This document shows, piece after piece, positions 37,760 to 55,620 of a stretch of 64,000 nucleotides of DNA (its first letter is position 1; every line of letters begins with the position of its first letter). Position numbers and translations under genes: made by a program. The DNA lies in the NCBI RefSeq assembly GCF_009914755.1, contig NC_060932.1. The stretch is one strand, 5' to 3'. The notes beneath the pieces were generated by a model. The model was not told the DNA's origin. It ran no database searches and was given only the letters and a program-made list of their open reading frames with translations. The stretch comes from the human T2T-CHM13v2.0 reference genome, Homo sapiens.

Positions 37760-40447
37760 TGTCTGTTTGCATGTGGTGCTGTAGTCATTGCTTCTGGCCA
37801 TGTCACATTACTTCTTGAATGCTCCATATCCTTGAAATAAAGACCTAGATCTCTGCCTAGGCATCTAAGGCTCTCCTATCCATCCGTTCTCAAGCCAAAG
37901 CATCAGTGCTTCATGGTCCTTCCATTTTTCTTCAATTAAAATGTGCCTTCTTCTCTAGTTTTATATGTCATTGCCCCTGCTGGCCTCTCAGATACAGGTT
38001 GTGTGCAAGTTGTCCTGTCCCTATCAGAGCACTTTTTTTTTTTTTGCACTGCATTAAAATAAAAAATTATTTGCTTGTATCCCTAAGGTCTTACCTTTAG
38101 TACCTTGAGGACAGGGACTTTATCTAGGTTCCCATTTACTCTTGGAGCCAAACATAGGACCTGGCACTTTCCAAGTTAATATTTCTTTAATGAATAGTTA
38201 GACTTAAGAATAGAGGCTCAGCTGAGTGCCAAAGGAAGGAATAAGATAAAATTTTTCCTCGTAATCTTCCTTGGGTTTTGATTTTTCCTAACTAATGTTA
38301 CTTTCTCATTCCAAGATTTATTCACTTTCATTCTGCTTATTAGAGAAAACAGAAACAAAAACAGTGAGAAGCAGATGTTATATTTTCATGTGTCAATGAT
38401 CTGCATCATATAATTCATCTGAAGAATTGATCTTCTCCCTTCTTCATTCTTTCAAGAACCTCTCACAAGGTTCTTGTTAAGAGGGAAATGCAAGAAAACA
38501 AAATGTGTTGATCATGTTTTCCAGAAATTGTGTGGGATATTTCCAGCACATTTTATCCCATTAAGTCTATGTTAACTCACAGGTTGGTGTTTTTATTCCT
38601 ATTTTAAAGTTGAGGAAATGAAGGTGCAGACAGATGCAATCTTTTGCCCAGAGTCACAGAGCTAGCAAGTGTCAGAGCTGAGATAGAGCTCGTGCAACAG
38701 TGACTTGAAACTGGTACCCACTTTCCATCACCCAGGTGCCTCTCAAACACATTTCCTTGAAGAAGATCTTTGCAGTTCTCTTTTAAAATCTCCCTACTGT
38801 ACAGTTCAGGTCCAGTGAAGGGAAGTGATTTGCTTAATGTAGTTATTTTTAACGTGCCCTTTGCGTTTTCATAGCCCTTTCCTCACCTTACTCAGGAATA
38901 GACTGATTATGCTTTTAATAGCTAAACCAGTAGATCAGAGAACTATAGAAAACAAATATATGTGGGCAACCCTTAGATAAATGGTCCAATGAAATGTGCT
39001 TATTTTGAATGCAGAACTTTGGTGTCAGGCAGGGTCAAGTTCAAATTTGAGTCCAGCCACTTGTTAGCTTTGGGAGGAAGAAGCTAACCTCAATAAGTAT
39101 AGTTTTCTACTAAGGTTATTATAAGGATTAATTCAGGTGAGGTATGTAAAATGCTTGTCTAGGGCTTGGTATGTACGTCATCTAAGAGTGTTGTTATCTT
39201 TATAATTAAGCTTGTCAAGTGCAGAAGTTTGTAAAGTGTCATTGATAGTAAATACCATGGAGAACAGATCTTACTCCCTGTCCCTTACCTCCCACTGTAT
39301 AAATGTGATACAGCCATAATAAGTCTCCGTGTCCCTTTCTAGTACCCTGAGTGTGTTAGGCTTTATAATTCTTAATTTCTCAGTATTTCCAAAATGCCAG
39401 TCTTTTCAAAATTGTGCTTTGGAAAAAGAATTTTTTTCTGTTTTTATATGCCACCAACTTCCTTCCATGTGGCTTTAATGTTTTTCACTCATGAAATCTG
39501 GAACATAAGGGAGTGTTGCTGTGGAGAAAATCATGACATCATTAATAACAAAAATGCTTTGAGGTCACACACATGGCTGAGACATTGACTTTAAGAGCTC
39601 TAAGTTGCTAGCAGTACTTGCAATTTCAGGAAGGAGAGCTATGGTCTTAAAGGAGAGTATGCTTGTGGAAATAGATTTCCTGCAATAGTGAGAATAAAGT
39701 AAGAAAAAAAGCTCATAAGCTTTGTAGTCAGGAATACCAGTTTTCAAATCCTGAGACCATAATTTGTAAACATGACTTTGAAAAAGACTGGTATGTCCTC
39801 TCATCTCAGATTTTTTAGTCATAAAAGAAGGATTTCAATCCCTGCTTTGCAATATTGTCATGATTCTTAAATGTCAGTTAAATACCCTGTGTCTCTCAGG
39901 TTGAGACTGTTCATAAATAATAACTCTTTTTACTTGGAGTTATAGTGCTTTGTATTTGGACCCAAACCCGTTACTTGGTAGCTCTGTGATCAAGCTAATT
40001 AACCACTTTGTACCTGAGTATCTTGCATGTAAATAAAAATTAATATTCAGTTTAATATGTCTACATTATGGATCTCCCATGAATATCAAATTAATTAACT
40101 TATAAATAGTGTCTGGGATGGAGTGATTCAATAAATGTCTTTCTCTCCCTTTCCTCCGTTTTCTTTTACTTTTTAAATTCTCCTTTCTCTACCCCTTGTC
40201 CTTCCCTCTTTACCCAGGGATAGCTATTAACGTGCCAGGATATTGTCCTCTTATATAGGGATGCCTAGTTGCAATAATGCAGCTCTCTCCTATTCCTTAG
40301 TTTCCAGAACCAGGCTGCCCAGAAGCCTGTCTTTTCTCCCCCCTTTCCATGAGCAAAGGTTATGCAACCAGTAAAGAAAGCTGACGACAAGCCACCAGTT
40401 GTCTCCATGTCCTGTTCTTCTCTCTGTGAAGAAACCTTGAGGTTTAG

Positions 40448-40799
<352 letters not shown>

Positions 40800-42387
40800 G
40801 CTGACACCATTCTTATGTGCATGCACAATAGACAAAGACATCATCTCTCCTGGCTCTGAATAGAACTTACCAACCACCCATCTACTCTAACACTGTAGCC
40901 CAATTAAATCACAAATAAATGCTGCTAAATGATGGTGTAATTTGACTATATTCTTATGGCTCATACATTTACTCAGACATTACATAACCTCCCTAAACCT
41001 CAGTGACCTTGTCTCTGCAACAAAGATTGCTGTAAGGTTTAAACAAAATGCAACATGCAGGTGCCTATATGTGCCTGATATATTCTTTTAATATTTTAGG
41101 AATCAAACAAACCTAATGTTGAGTACCAGGGTTTTACACACACATGCACACACACATTTTAATAACATGTATATATATAAACAAACACACATATATGCAT
41201 TTTTGCCCCACCATAGTACTAACACATTCTCCATGTACTCCCCATTCCTATTCCCTCACGTTTCTTTGCTCCTTTTTACACTTACTAATTGCATAACTTT
41301 ACATGAGTTGCTTAACTCTTCTGAGCTTTAGTTATCCACATATAAAATGATGATAATACTTCACAGGGCTATAGTAAGGATTAAGTAACTAATATATGTA
41401 AAGTATCTGCCTAATATCAGAAGCTTAATAAATGCTAATTGCCTTCCTTTCTCATTCTTTCAGCCTAAGAAATGCCTGCTGCAACCTTTATGGTAAATGA
41501 AACAACAGAGACCCTCCAATAGTATAAAAAAGCACTCAGATTATTTTAGACAGAGTATCAAAAGCTTTCTATACAATTTTCTTCCAAACTAAAGGTGAAC
41601 TATCTTCTTCCCAGGCCCAAATGCTGCATAAATGATCCCTTTACTAGTTGACAATACCATTTGAAATAGTTGTATCAGTAGAATGCCTCCACGTTCTTTG
41701 GGCACATGCTGAGGGCAGTGGCTCCCAGGAGGTAAACTGAGCTCTCCAAAACTTCCAGCAGGAAAATATTACAGTGATTTTTATGATAAGGGAACCATTA
41801 CTCACATCTGAGTAAGTTTACAGTACTAATTTTCTTCAAAAAATAAGCAAAAAGGCATAAGAATTCTATCACAATCTTCAAAGTATTGCTATTTAAAAAT
41901 TTATAATTTTAACATTAATTAAATGGATAGACTTTATTTTTCACCATTAACATAAACTGATAGTTTCCATTTATTCTAAAAATAATATGACTTAGACTCC
42001 ATCAGTTCTGTGGAATTTTCCATAATTGAAAACTGATAATTTTAGTTTTAAAATTGGATGATATGTTCAAAGGAAGATAATTGGTTAGAAGACATAATAT
42101 TCATTCACCACTGAATTATTGAGTGACTTCCAGTGCTTTTTGGGTAAATATTTAATAATCAGCGCTTTTATTTTACCTTGGAGAGGTAGATTTGTAGCGT
42201 TTATCAATTTCTGTGGGGTGAAAATACTCCCACCATGCCTAATTCCAAGCTAATTGTTTGTAACAACTGATTTGTAAAACTCCCGAACTGCTTCCAGCAC
42301 AGTGTTGGCTTTATATGAAGTCCTCTGATAAGTATTGGGCAATAGATATAGAGTAAGCACTACATTCATTCAAAATGTTAAAAAGTT

Positions 42388-42693
<306 letters not shown>

Positions 42694-42739
42694 GTTTACT
42701 GAGCTGTCCTAAAGAATGCAAAAAGCACTGAACTTGAAA

Positions 42740-43395
42740 TGGATTATTAAAAAGTCAAAAATAACAGATGCTTATGAGGTTGTGGAGAAAAAGCAACATT
42801 TATACACTGATGGTGGGAATGTAAACTAGTTCAGCCATTGTGGAAAACAGTGTGGCAATTCTTCAAAGACCTAAAGACAGAAATACCATTTGACCTAGCA
42901 ATCCCATTACTGGGATACAAATCATTCTGTTATAAAATCACTTGCATGCATATGTTCACGATAGCAAAGACATGGAATCAACCTAAATGACTATCAATGG
43001 CAGACTAGATAAATAAAATGTGGTACATATACACCATGGAATACTATGCAGCCATAAAAAGAATGAGATCATGTCCTTTGCAGGTACATGGATGGAGCTG
43101 GAGGCCATTATCCTCAGCAAACTAATGTGGGAACAGAAAACCAAATACCACATGTTCTCACTTATAACTGGGAGCTAAATTATGAGAACACATGAACACA
43201 TAGAGGGGAACAACACACACTAGGGCTTGTAAGAGGGTGGAGGCTGGGAGGAAGGAGAGGATCAGGAAAAATAACTAATGTGTCCTAGGCTTAATACCTG
43301 GGTGACAAAATAATATGTACAACAAACCCCCATGACACAGGTTTACCTGTGTAACAAACCTGCACTTGTACCTCCAAACTTAAAAAGAGAGAGAA
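42740..43395 (+). mobile_element. L1PA (about PA13-16) 3' end, 5'-truncated
   Basis: 'aaaaagtcaaaaataacagatgc...ggatcaggaaaaataactaatg...aacaaacccccatgacac'. Confidence 0.92.
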
Positions 43396-44459
43396 AACTC
43401 GATTTGGATTCTGGTATTTTCCCTATGTAGCAGTAATATTAACAGAAAAATATATAATGTTCCTAAGTGTTAACATTTTTAGGTATTGTAAAAATAATGT
43501 CGGGATGATTAAATGAGAATATATTGTGTGAAGCTGTAACCCAAGAGAAAGAGTACGACATGTTTCAATAGTAATACCCCTAATAAGCTGTAAGATGTTT
43601 GATTTTGGGACGCAGGAAGTAGCCTTTCATTGAACAATTGAAGGATCTCACATGGGGAGCAACTTTTCCCATCAAAAGGAAATATCTATACACCAATCTC
43701 CACAACCGCAGATTTAGAGAGAAGAAACCGCGGACAGGCCACATATTTAGAATCGAGTACCGGATTAAAGGCAATAATAACAACACAATAGCAGTTAATA
43801 ATTATCTGGTGCTTATTGCATATATGGAAATTGTTTTACTCCAGTTACCTCATATAATCCTCAGACAATCCATCTAAATGTCAATTAACAGTTCCATTAA
43901 AAAGTTGATTTCCATTTTGATACATTTTCTAGATTCAATGAATTTTCAATAAAGAAGTGAAACTTGATTTCAACAATGTTTTTCAGAAGCTAAAGCTTTT
44001 GCCAGAAGGAGAAAGATCACCCCACTCCTAATCTGCATTTCAACATCTCAGCAAATAATTGGAATGCATTAATACTTTAGAAGTAACTTCTCAAAGGAAT
44101 TTTTACTTCATTTCTAAAATATCAGGTTTTTTTTAGAATAAAATCTGTATGTTTCTAATTTCTTCCATTTGACTTATGAAAGTTCTGAGACTCTGTTTAA
44201 AGGAATGGATGCCCCAAATACCTGGCAAATAGCTCTTGCTACTGACTATAGTTTTATGATTTAAAGCATTCATATTTTATGTATTTTAAACTAAATGTCA
44301 TTTAATTAGCATCTTGTCTAATCCTTTCCTTATTCAAATCATCCTTTATTCAGCTCCCAGATTTATAGTCCAAAAGCTCTAGCTCTTATCTTGTCAACTC
44401 CATCTTTAAAAATGTTAACTCCTACAGTCTATAAATAAATTATAAAAACTATCAGGCAT

Positions 44460-44809
44460 TGTATTAGTCTGTTCTCATGCTGCTAATAAAGACATACCCA
44501 AAACTGAGTAATTTATAAAGGAAGGAAGATTAATTGACTCACAGTTCCACATGGCTGGGGAGGCCTCACCATTATGGCAGAAGGCAAGGAGGAGACAAGC
44601 CACGTTTTACATGTAAGCAGGCAAGAGGGCATGTGCAGGGGACTCCTCTTTATAAAACCATCAGATCTCGTGAGATTTATTCACTATCAGCATGAGAAAA
44701 CCCTGCCCGCATGATTCAATTACCTCCCACTGGGTCCCTCCCACGACATGTGGGGATTACTACAATTCAAGGTGCGATTTGGGTGTGGACACAGAGCCAA
44801 AACATATCA
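44460..44809 (-). mobile_element. THE1 (B/C-like) solo LTR with 5-bp TSD
   Basis: 'tgtattagtctgttctcatgctgctaataaagac...gacacagagccaaaacatatca'; TSD ggcat at 44455-44459 and 44810-44814. Confidence 0.93.
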
Positions 44810-45424
44810 GGCATAAATAGTCCCTCACATTCAGGCCCTAGTTTCCCTTTCCAACTTTGTTTTCCCCAATATGCACAGAGAGGTGCATGCACCCACACAT
44901 ATGTATACACCCATATCTACACACATATACATACATAAATACATGCAAATGTAAACATAAACACATACACATGCACTTTTGCCCCACTGTACCATGCATC
45001 TCCTTCTCCTTTTTCTCCCCATTCTTATTCTCCCATATTTCTTTGCTCATTGCATCCCTTATTCCAGGAATCCCCTTATACTTCACATTGACACACACAC
45101 ACACACGCACACATAAATATGTAAGATACATATCTTACATATTAATTAAAATCCAGCTCCAGGGTAATCTCTTCAAAGAAGCCTATCTTGAACTTCTCTT
45201 TACCACACACACACACATGCTACAATTCTCTCTCATTTCTGAGCTACATTCACATTTTTCTGGGGTTACAATTGAGCTCAGATTATTTGTCATTTGCATT
45301 CATTAGTTACATTATGTGGCCAATATCAATTCTAAGTATTCTTCAAGAGACTATTACATTGCAATTCAACTTTTCATTCACAGAATACCTTGCAGAATTA
45401 TTGGGAATATATATATATATATAT

Positions 45425-45764
45425 ATGTCATTCATTGCTTAATCACGGGGATACAATCTAAGGAATGTGTTGGGAGGCAATTTCATCATTGTGCAAATAT
45501 CATAGAGTGTACTTACACAAATCTAGGTGATATAGCTGACTCTACACCTAGGTATATGGGATAGCCTGTTGCTCCTAGGCTACAAACCTGTACAGCATGT
45601 TACTGTACTGAATACTGTAGGCAATTGTAACACAATAGTATTTGTGTATCCAAACATATCTAAACACAGAAAAGACATAGTAAAAATACAGTATTATAAT
45701 CTTATGGAAGCACCATTGTATATATCGTTCATTATTGACTGAAACGTTATGTAACACATGACTG
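45425..45764 (+). mobile_element. Tigger3a/MER7A DNA transposon
   Basis: 'atcatagagtgtacttacacaaa...gctcctaggctacaaacctgtacagcatgttactgtactgaatactgtaggcaattgtaacacaat...catgactg'+TA. Confidence 0.88.
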
Positions 45765-45934
45765 TACACATACAAACACACACGCACACATACACATACA
45801 CAAATGCCTAACTGTGTATCTATTTATTGAACACAAGCTTTCCAAAAGCTGTCAACTAGCCATTTTTTAAAATCACATTTTCTCTCCCTCTCAAGGTCGA
45901 GAACTTTTTTGAAATCTTGTAAGAAAGTTTACTC

Positions 45935-46515
45935 ACTTTTTAAATTTATTTTTAAATTGATATATCAAAGTTGTATGTATTTTGGGGGTATGTGCGATTT
46001 TTTTTTTTTTTTTCTGAGACAGAGTCTTGCTCTGTCACCCAGGCTGGAGTGCAGTGGCGCAATCTTGGCTCACTGCAAGCTCCGCCTCCTGGGTCACACC
46101 ATTCTCCTGCCTCAGCCTCCTGAGTAGCTGGGACTACAGGCACCCGCCAACACGCCGGCTAATTTTTTTGTATTTTTAAGTAGAGACGGGGTTTCACCGT
46201 GTTAGCCAGGATGGTCTCGATCTTCTGACCTTGTGATCCACCCGCCTCGGCCCCCCAAAGTGCAGGGATTACAGGCGTGAGCCACCGCTCCCGGCCTGTG
46301 TGATGTTTTGATACATGTATACAATCTGTATTGATCAAATCAAGGTAACTGGGATATCCATCACCTCAAACATTTATCTTTGTTTTGTGCTCGGAACATT
46401 ATGATTCTCTGTTTTAGTTATTTTGAAATACACAATAAATTATTCTTAACTATAATTTTTATGGTACTATTGAATACTAGAATTTATTATTTCTGACTGT
46501 ATTTTTGTATCCCTT
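45935..46515 (-). mobile_element. L1MA 3' end interrupted by an AluY
   Basis: 'gatcaaatcaaggtaactgggatatccatcacctcaaacatttatc...gttattttgaaatacacaataaatt'. Confidence 0.85.
45998..46296 (-). mobile_element. AluY
   Basis: Full antisense dimer with AluY diagnostics; degenerate TSD tgtgcgat/tgtgtgat. Confidence 0.95.
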
Positions 46516-47490
46516 CATTTTGTACAAAAAAATCACCGCTGATACCTTGTATTGAGTGTCAGGATATGTACTGAGCTAAGCACTTTGCATAAATCATTAA
46601 AACAAGAATAAGAATTGCCAACCTTGTTATATCTTTTTCCTACTTCAGCAGCACTTGCCTAGGTTCTCACATTTAATTATTGCAAACATTAAATGAAGTA
46701 AATATAATTATTATCCTCATATTCTAGATAAATAAGCTAATCATTGGAGAATTTAAATAGTTTGTTCCAAATCACAAAGACTATAACTGGCAGAGCTGAA
46801 ATTCAAACTCCTCTTTGTCTGACTCCACCAGATAGCTAACAAGTTTTACTGCTTTCCACCTTAGTAAGAGTAATTTATGGCTAAAAACACTGCTAGCATT
46901 TTTCAAACCTGGACTATCTTATTTTATCTAATTTTATTTCTTATCCTTTCTGTGTTTTGCAAGATCGATAAGCCAGGCAATGGAATTCCCAGCCAGTTTA
47001 TGGAAATAACTTGGCCCATAAAGTTGAGGTGAGGCAAGCTGAACAGTGGACAAGCAGGGAAAAGACCTTTCTTTGTCACAACTTTGCTAGTAACAGCTCT
47101 GTGAAGCCACTGGAGATGACGGAGAAGTCACCGAAGATGAAGCTTTATTTTCTCTCCATTCACAGATCTCTTAGCCTTGAGTCTTCATTTCCTCCACTAA
47201 ATAAGACTCAGCAGCATTAATAACAACTCTGACACCCTCGAGGCATGTGCCATGTTCCAAGCAACATCAGATATATTTGGCATCGATTATCTCATTTAAT
47301 TCTGCCAACAACTCTATTATGTTGATGCAAGCAATGCCTCCCCATTTTATAGACAGGAAAATCACGGTTCAAAGGGATGCTGAAATGTGCCTGAGCCTCA
47401 CATTTGGTGAGTTACAGAGTCAGGAAGTTTTGCTTCCTGAAATTGTAACCTATATACCAAACCAATTGCAGGAAGATTGTGAAGATCTAA

Positions 47491-47493
<3 letters not shown>

Positions 47494-47521
<28 letters not shown>

Positions 47522-47522
47522 T
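47494..47522. repeat. (AAT)n microsatellite
   Basis: Directly visible. Confidence 0.95.
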
Positions 47523-48323
47523 GAAAGTAGCTACAAACTCTAAAATATTTTGTAAAATTTTAGGCACTTCATGAATGTTTAGTAGTCCATTTCAATGTTT
47601 AGTGGATTCTTATTACTGAAGGCAACTGGGTAGAGGGAAAGTCAGGAACGAGCACTGACCCCTGTTCTGCAGGCTCTAGAATCAAACACTTCTTAATTAG
47701 AATATTGGCTCAGCCATTTGCTGCCTGTGTCGCTATGGGTAAGTCACATAAATGCACTGAGCTTCAACTTCCTCATCAGCATAATGGGGACTATGAAGAC
47801 TATGATGCTTCCCTCTCTGGTAGGAGGATTAAGTAAAACAATGGGGTAAAAGTGCCTGAAACAAAGGCTTGATAAGTGGGTTTACTTTTTTCTGTGCTCT
47901 ATTGCACCATGTAAATGGGTTCCAGAGGTGTGATTAGAAATGAATCCAAATTAGAACAAACAGTCATGGGAGAAACCAGGAGAAGGGAGATGAAAATGTT
48001 TCCTGACATGTAGCTGAAGTCAAAGGGGATAGATTTTTTAGCCTAAGAAGTAAAAAGGGACAATAAGCCTATGCTAATAAGAAAATATTTCATGCTGGAT
48101 TTCCCAGGAAATAAATGTTACATAGTTTTAATTGCCTATTTTTTAGTGGCTGTGATCTCTGGACCCTTACCATGGAGGCTGAACTTAAAACCACCAATCT
48201 GAGTTATAAAATAACATGAATTAGTTAGGAAAATTGAGATTAATAGTGACCTTTTAGAAGAAAAGTTTTATTAAAAGCATATATTTTCCTCCAGTAATGT
48301 ATATTTCATTTTTCTTACCTTTA

Positions 48324-48914
48324 ATTGTATTAATGTATAATATACATTATATTATACAATATGTATATTATATACATTATATTATACAATATGTATATTA
48401 TATACATTATATTATACAATATGTATATTATATACATTATATTATACAATGTATATAGTATATACATTATATTATACAATGTATATAGTATATACATTAT
48501 ATTATACAATGTATATAGTATATACATTATATTATACAATGTATATAGTATATACATTATATTATACAATGTATATAGTATATACATTATATTATACAAT
48601 GTATAATATATACATATAATATATACATATAATATATTATATACATTGTATAATATAATGTATATACTATATACATTGTATAATATAATGTATATACTAT
48701 ATACATTGTATAATATAATGTATATACTATATACATTGTATAATATAATGTATATACTATATACATTGTATAATATAATGTATATACTATATACATTGTA
48801 TAATATAATGTATATACTATATACATTGTATAATATAATGTATATACTATATACATTGTATAATATAATGTATATACTATATACATTATAATGTATATTA
48901 TACATTAATACAAT
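48324..48914. repeat. AT-rich palindrome made of head-to-head 30-bp minisatellite arrays
   Basis: Left unit GTATATAGTATATACATTATATTATACAAT is the exact reverse complement of right unit ATTGTATAATATAATGTATATACTATATAC; outer ends also complementary. Confidence 0.97.
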
Positions 48915-49004
48915 AATGTATATTTCATTTTTCTTACGTTTAAAGGTAAATTTTCTTACCTTTAATTTTTTGTACCTCTAATTTTTATAGTTACTTAATG
49001 AGTG

Positions 49005-49420
49005 CCACATTAATCAGGATAAGGTAGGTTGTACTGAAGTTATCAAATAAACCTTGAAATGTCAGTGGTATAAGTGAACATATGTTTATTTCCTGCATAT
49101 ACCCATATCCAGTGCATATTTATGGGGGGAGGCTTCACTCCACAGAGTCACTCAAGGACCCAGCATCGTGGAGGCTCCGCTATCTCGACATATGACTTGT
49201 CAATTCACTGTCACAAGAAAGAAAAAGATGGAAGAATTGTTTGGTGTTTTACAATGGCTCAACCAGGAAGAAATACACATCATTTCTCACATTTCATGGT
49301 CAAAAAATAGCTGCATGGCCCCACTTAGCTACAAAAGGCTGGGAGGACTCATATTCCATTCGTCAAGGAAGGAGGGATATACAACAAGACTTGGTGAGCA
49401 CGTAGCATAGTCCATGTGCC
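49005..49420 (-). mobile_element. MLT1J-like MaLR LTR
   Basis: 'aatcaggataaggtaggttgtactgaagt...aaccttgaaatgtcagtgg...cactcaaggaccc...catggccccacttagctacaaaaggctggga'. Confidence 0.65.
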
Positions 49421-49666
49421 AATTAACAATTGCATTACTTTTTAATTTTAATTTTATTATTATTATACTTTAAGTTTTAGGGTACATGTGCACAATGTGC
49501 AGGTTTGTTACATATGTATACATGTGCCATGTTGGTGTGCTGCACCCATTAACTCATCATTTAGCATTAGGTATATCTCCTAATGCTATCCCTCCCCCCT
49601 CCCCCCACCCCACAACAGTCCCTGGAGTGTGATGTTCCCCTTCCTGTTTCCATGTGTTCTTATTGT

Positions 49667-53485
<3,819 letters not shown>

Positions 53486-53548
53486 TATGATGTTAGCTGG
53501 TTATTTTGCTCATTTGTTGATGCAGTTTCTTCCTAGCCTTGGTGGTCT

Positions 53549-54565
53549 TTACATTTTGGCATGTTTTTGCAGTGGCTGGTACCAGTTTTTCCTTTCCATG
53601 TTTAGTGCTTCCTTCAGGAGCTCTTTTAGGGCAGGCCTGGTGGTGACAAAATCTCTCAGCATTAGCTTGTCTGTAAAGTATTTTATTTCTCCTTCACTTA
53701 TGAAGCTTAGTTTGGCTGGATATGAAATTCTGGGTTGAAAATTCTTTTCTTTAAGAATGTTGAATATTGGCCCCCACTCTCTTCTGGCTTGTAGAGTTTC
53801 TGCCGAGAGATCCGCTGTTAGTCTGATGGGCTTCCCTTTGTGGGTAACCCGACCTTTCTCTCTGGCTGCCCTTAACATTTGTTCCTGCATTTCAACTTTG
53901 GTGAGTCTGACAATTTTGTGTCTTGGAGTTTCTCTTCTCGAGGAGTATCTTTGTGATATTCTCTGTATTTCCTGAATCTGAATGTTGGCCTGCCTTGCTA
54001 GATTGGGGAAGTTCTCCTGGATAATATCCTGCAGAGTGTTTTCCAACTTGGTTCTATTCTCCCCGTCACTTTCAGGTACACCAGTCAGATGTAGATTTGG
54101 TCTTTTCACATAGTCCCATATTTCTTGGAGGCTTTGTTCGTTTCTTGTTATTCTTTTTTCTGTAAACTTCTCTTCTCGCTTCATTTCATTCGTTTCATCT
54201 TCCATCACTTATGCCCTTTCTTCCAGTTGATCGCGTCGGCTCCTGAGGCTTCTGCATTCTTCACGTAGTTCTCAAGACTTGGCTTTCAGCTCCATCAGCT
54301 CCTTTATGGACTTCTCCGCATTGTTTATTGTAGTTATCCATTCGTCTAATTTTTTTTCAAAGTTTTTAACTTCTTTGCCATTGGCTTGAATTTCCTCCTG
54401 TAGCTCAGAGTAGTTTGATCATCTGAAGCCTTCTTCTCTCAACTCATCAAAGTCATTCTCTGTCCAGCTTTGTTCCATTGCTGGTGAGGAGCTGCATTCC
54501 TTTGGAGGAGGAGAGGCGCTCTGCTTTTTAGAGTTTCCAGTTTTTCTGCTCTGTTTTCTCCCCAT
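53549..54565 (-). pseudogene. L1 ORF1p, disrupted by nonsense codons
   Basis: ATG at 54565 to TAA at 53549 spans 1017 nt, the canonical 338-aa length; in-frame TGA (~54273) and TAA (54211-54209); C-terminal 219 aa open (REKGR, YPAKLSF, RPALKELL). Confidence 0.93.
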
Positions 54566-54699
54566 CTTTGTGGTTTTATCTACTTTTGGTCTTTGATGAT
54601 GGTGACGTACAGAAGGGTTTTTGGTGTGGATGTCCTTTCTGTTTGTTAGTTTTCCTTCTAACAGATAGGACCCTCAGCTGCAGGTCTGTTGGAGTTTGC

Positions 54700-55620
54700 T
54701 AGAGGTCCACTCCAGACCCTGTTTGCCTGGGTATCAGCAGCGGTGGCTGCACAACAGCGGTGTGCTTGTAGACCACTGTAGAACAGCAGATCTTGGTGAA
54801 CCGCAAATGCTGCTGCCTGATCCTTCCTCTGGAAGTTTTGTCTCAGAGGAGTACCTGGCTGTGTGAGGTGTCAGTCTGCCCCTACTGGGGGTTGCCTCCC
54901 AGTTAGGCTGCTTGGGGGTCAGGGACCCACTTGAGGAGGCAGTCTGCCTGTTCTCATACCTCCAGCTGTGTGCTGGGAGAACCACTGCCCTCTTCAAAGC
55001 TGTCACACAGGGACATTTAAGGCTGCAGAGGTTACTGCTGTCTTTTTGTTTGTCTGTGCCCTGCCCCCAGAGGTGGAGCCCACAGAGGCAGGCAGGCCTC
55101 CATGAGCTGTGGTGGGCTCCACCCAGTTTGAGCTTCCTGGCTGCTTTGTTTACCTAATCAAGCCTGGGTAATGGCAGGCGCCCCTCCCCCAGCCTCACTG
55201 CCACTTTGCAGTTTGATCTCAGACTGCTGTGTTAGCAATCAGCGAGACTCCGTGGGCCTAGTACTCTCTGAGCCATGTGCAGGATATAATCTCCTGGTGT
55301 GCCTTTTTTTTAAGCCCATTGGAAAAGCGCAGTATTAGGGTGGGAGTGACCCGATTTTCCAGGTGCTGTCTATCACCCCTTTCTTTGACTAGGAAAGGGA
55401 ACTCCCTGACCCCTTGTGCTTCCCGAGGGAGGCAATGCCTCGCCCTGCTTTGGCTTGCGCATGGTGCGCTGCACCCACTGTCCTGCACCCACTGTCTGGC
55501 ACTCCCTAGTGAGATGAACCCGGTACCTCAGATGGAAATGCAGAAATCACCCGTCTTCTGCGTCGCTCACGCTGGGAGCTGTAGACCGGAGCTGTTCCTA
55601 TTCGGCCATCTTGGCTCCCA
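54700..55620. promoter_or_regulatory. L1 5'UTR internal sense promoter (minus) and antisense promoter (plus), with YY1 site
   Basis: 'ggccatcttgg' (YY1 motif) near 55604-55614; this architecture is established for primate L1 5'UTRs, but activity at this copy is unknown. Confidence 0.6.
55171..55338 (+). pseudogene. L1 antisense ORF0, frameshifted (55 aa)
   Basis: ATG GCA GGC GCC CCT CCC CCA gives MAGAPPPASLPLCSLISDCC...; an extra T in a T-run at ~55304-55311 shifts frame to TAG at 55336-55338. Confidence 0.8.

Noticed and set aside
38453-38476. 9-bp stem-loop caagaacct-ctcaca-aggttcttg
   Set aside because: Short enough to occur by chance in 64 kb.
43560-43780. Small cluster of CpGs in unique sequence
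   Set aside because: Too few CpGs and too low GC for a CpG island; no promoter evidence from sequence alone.
48330-48905. 191-aa repetitive ORF, and the array as a possible CRISPR
   Set aside because: Translation of a stop-free minisatellite; repeats are directly tandem with no unique spacers and there are no cas genes.
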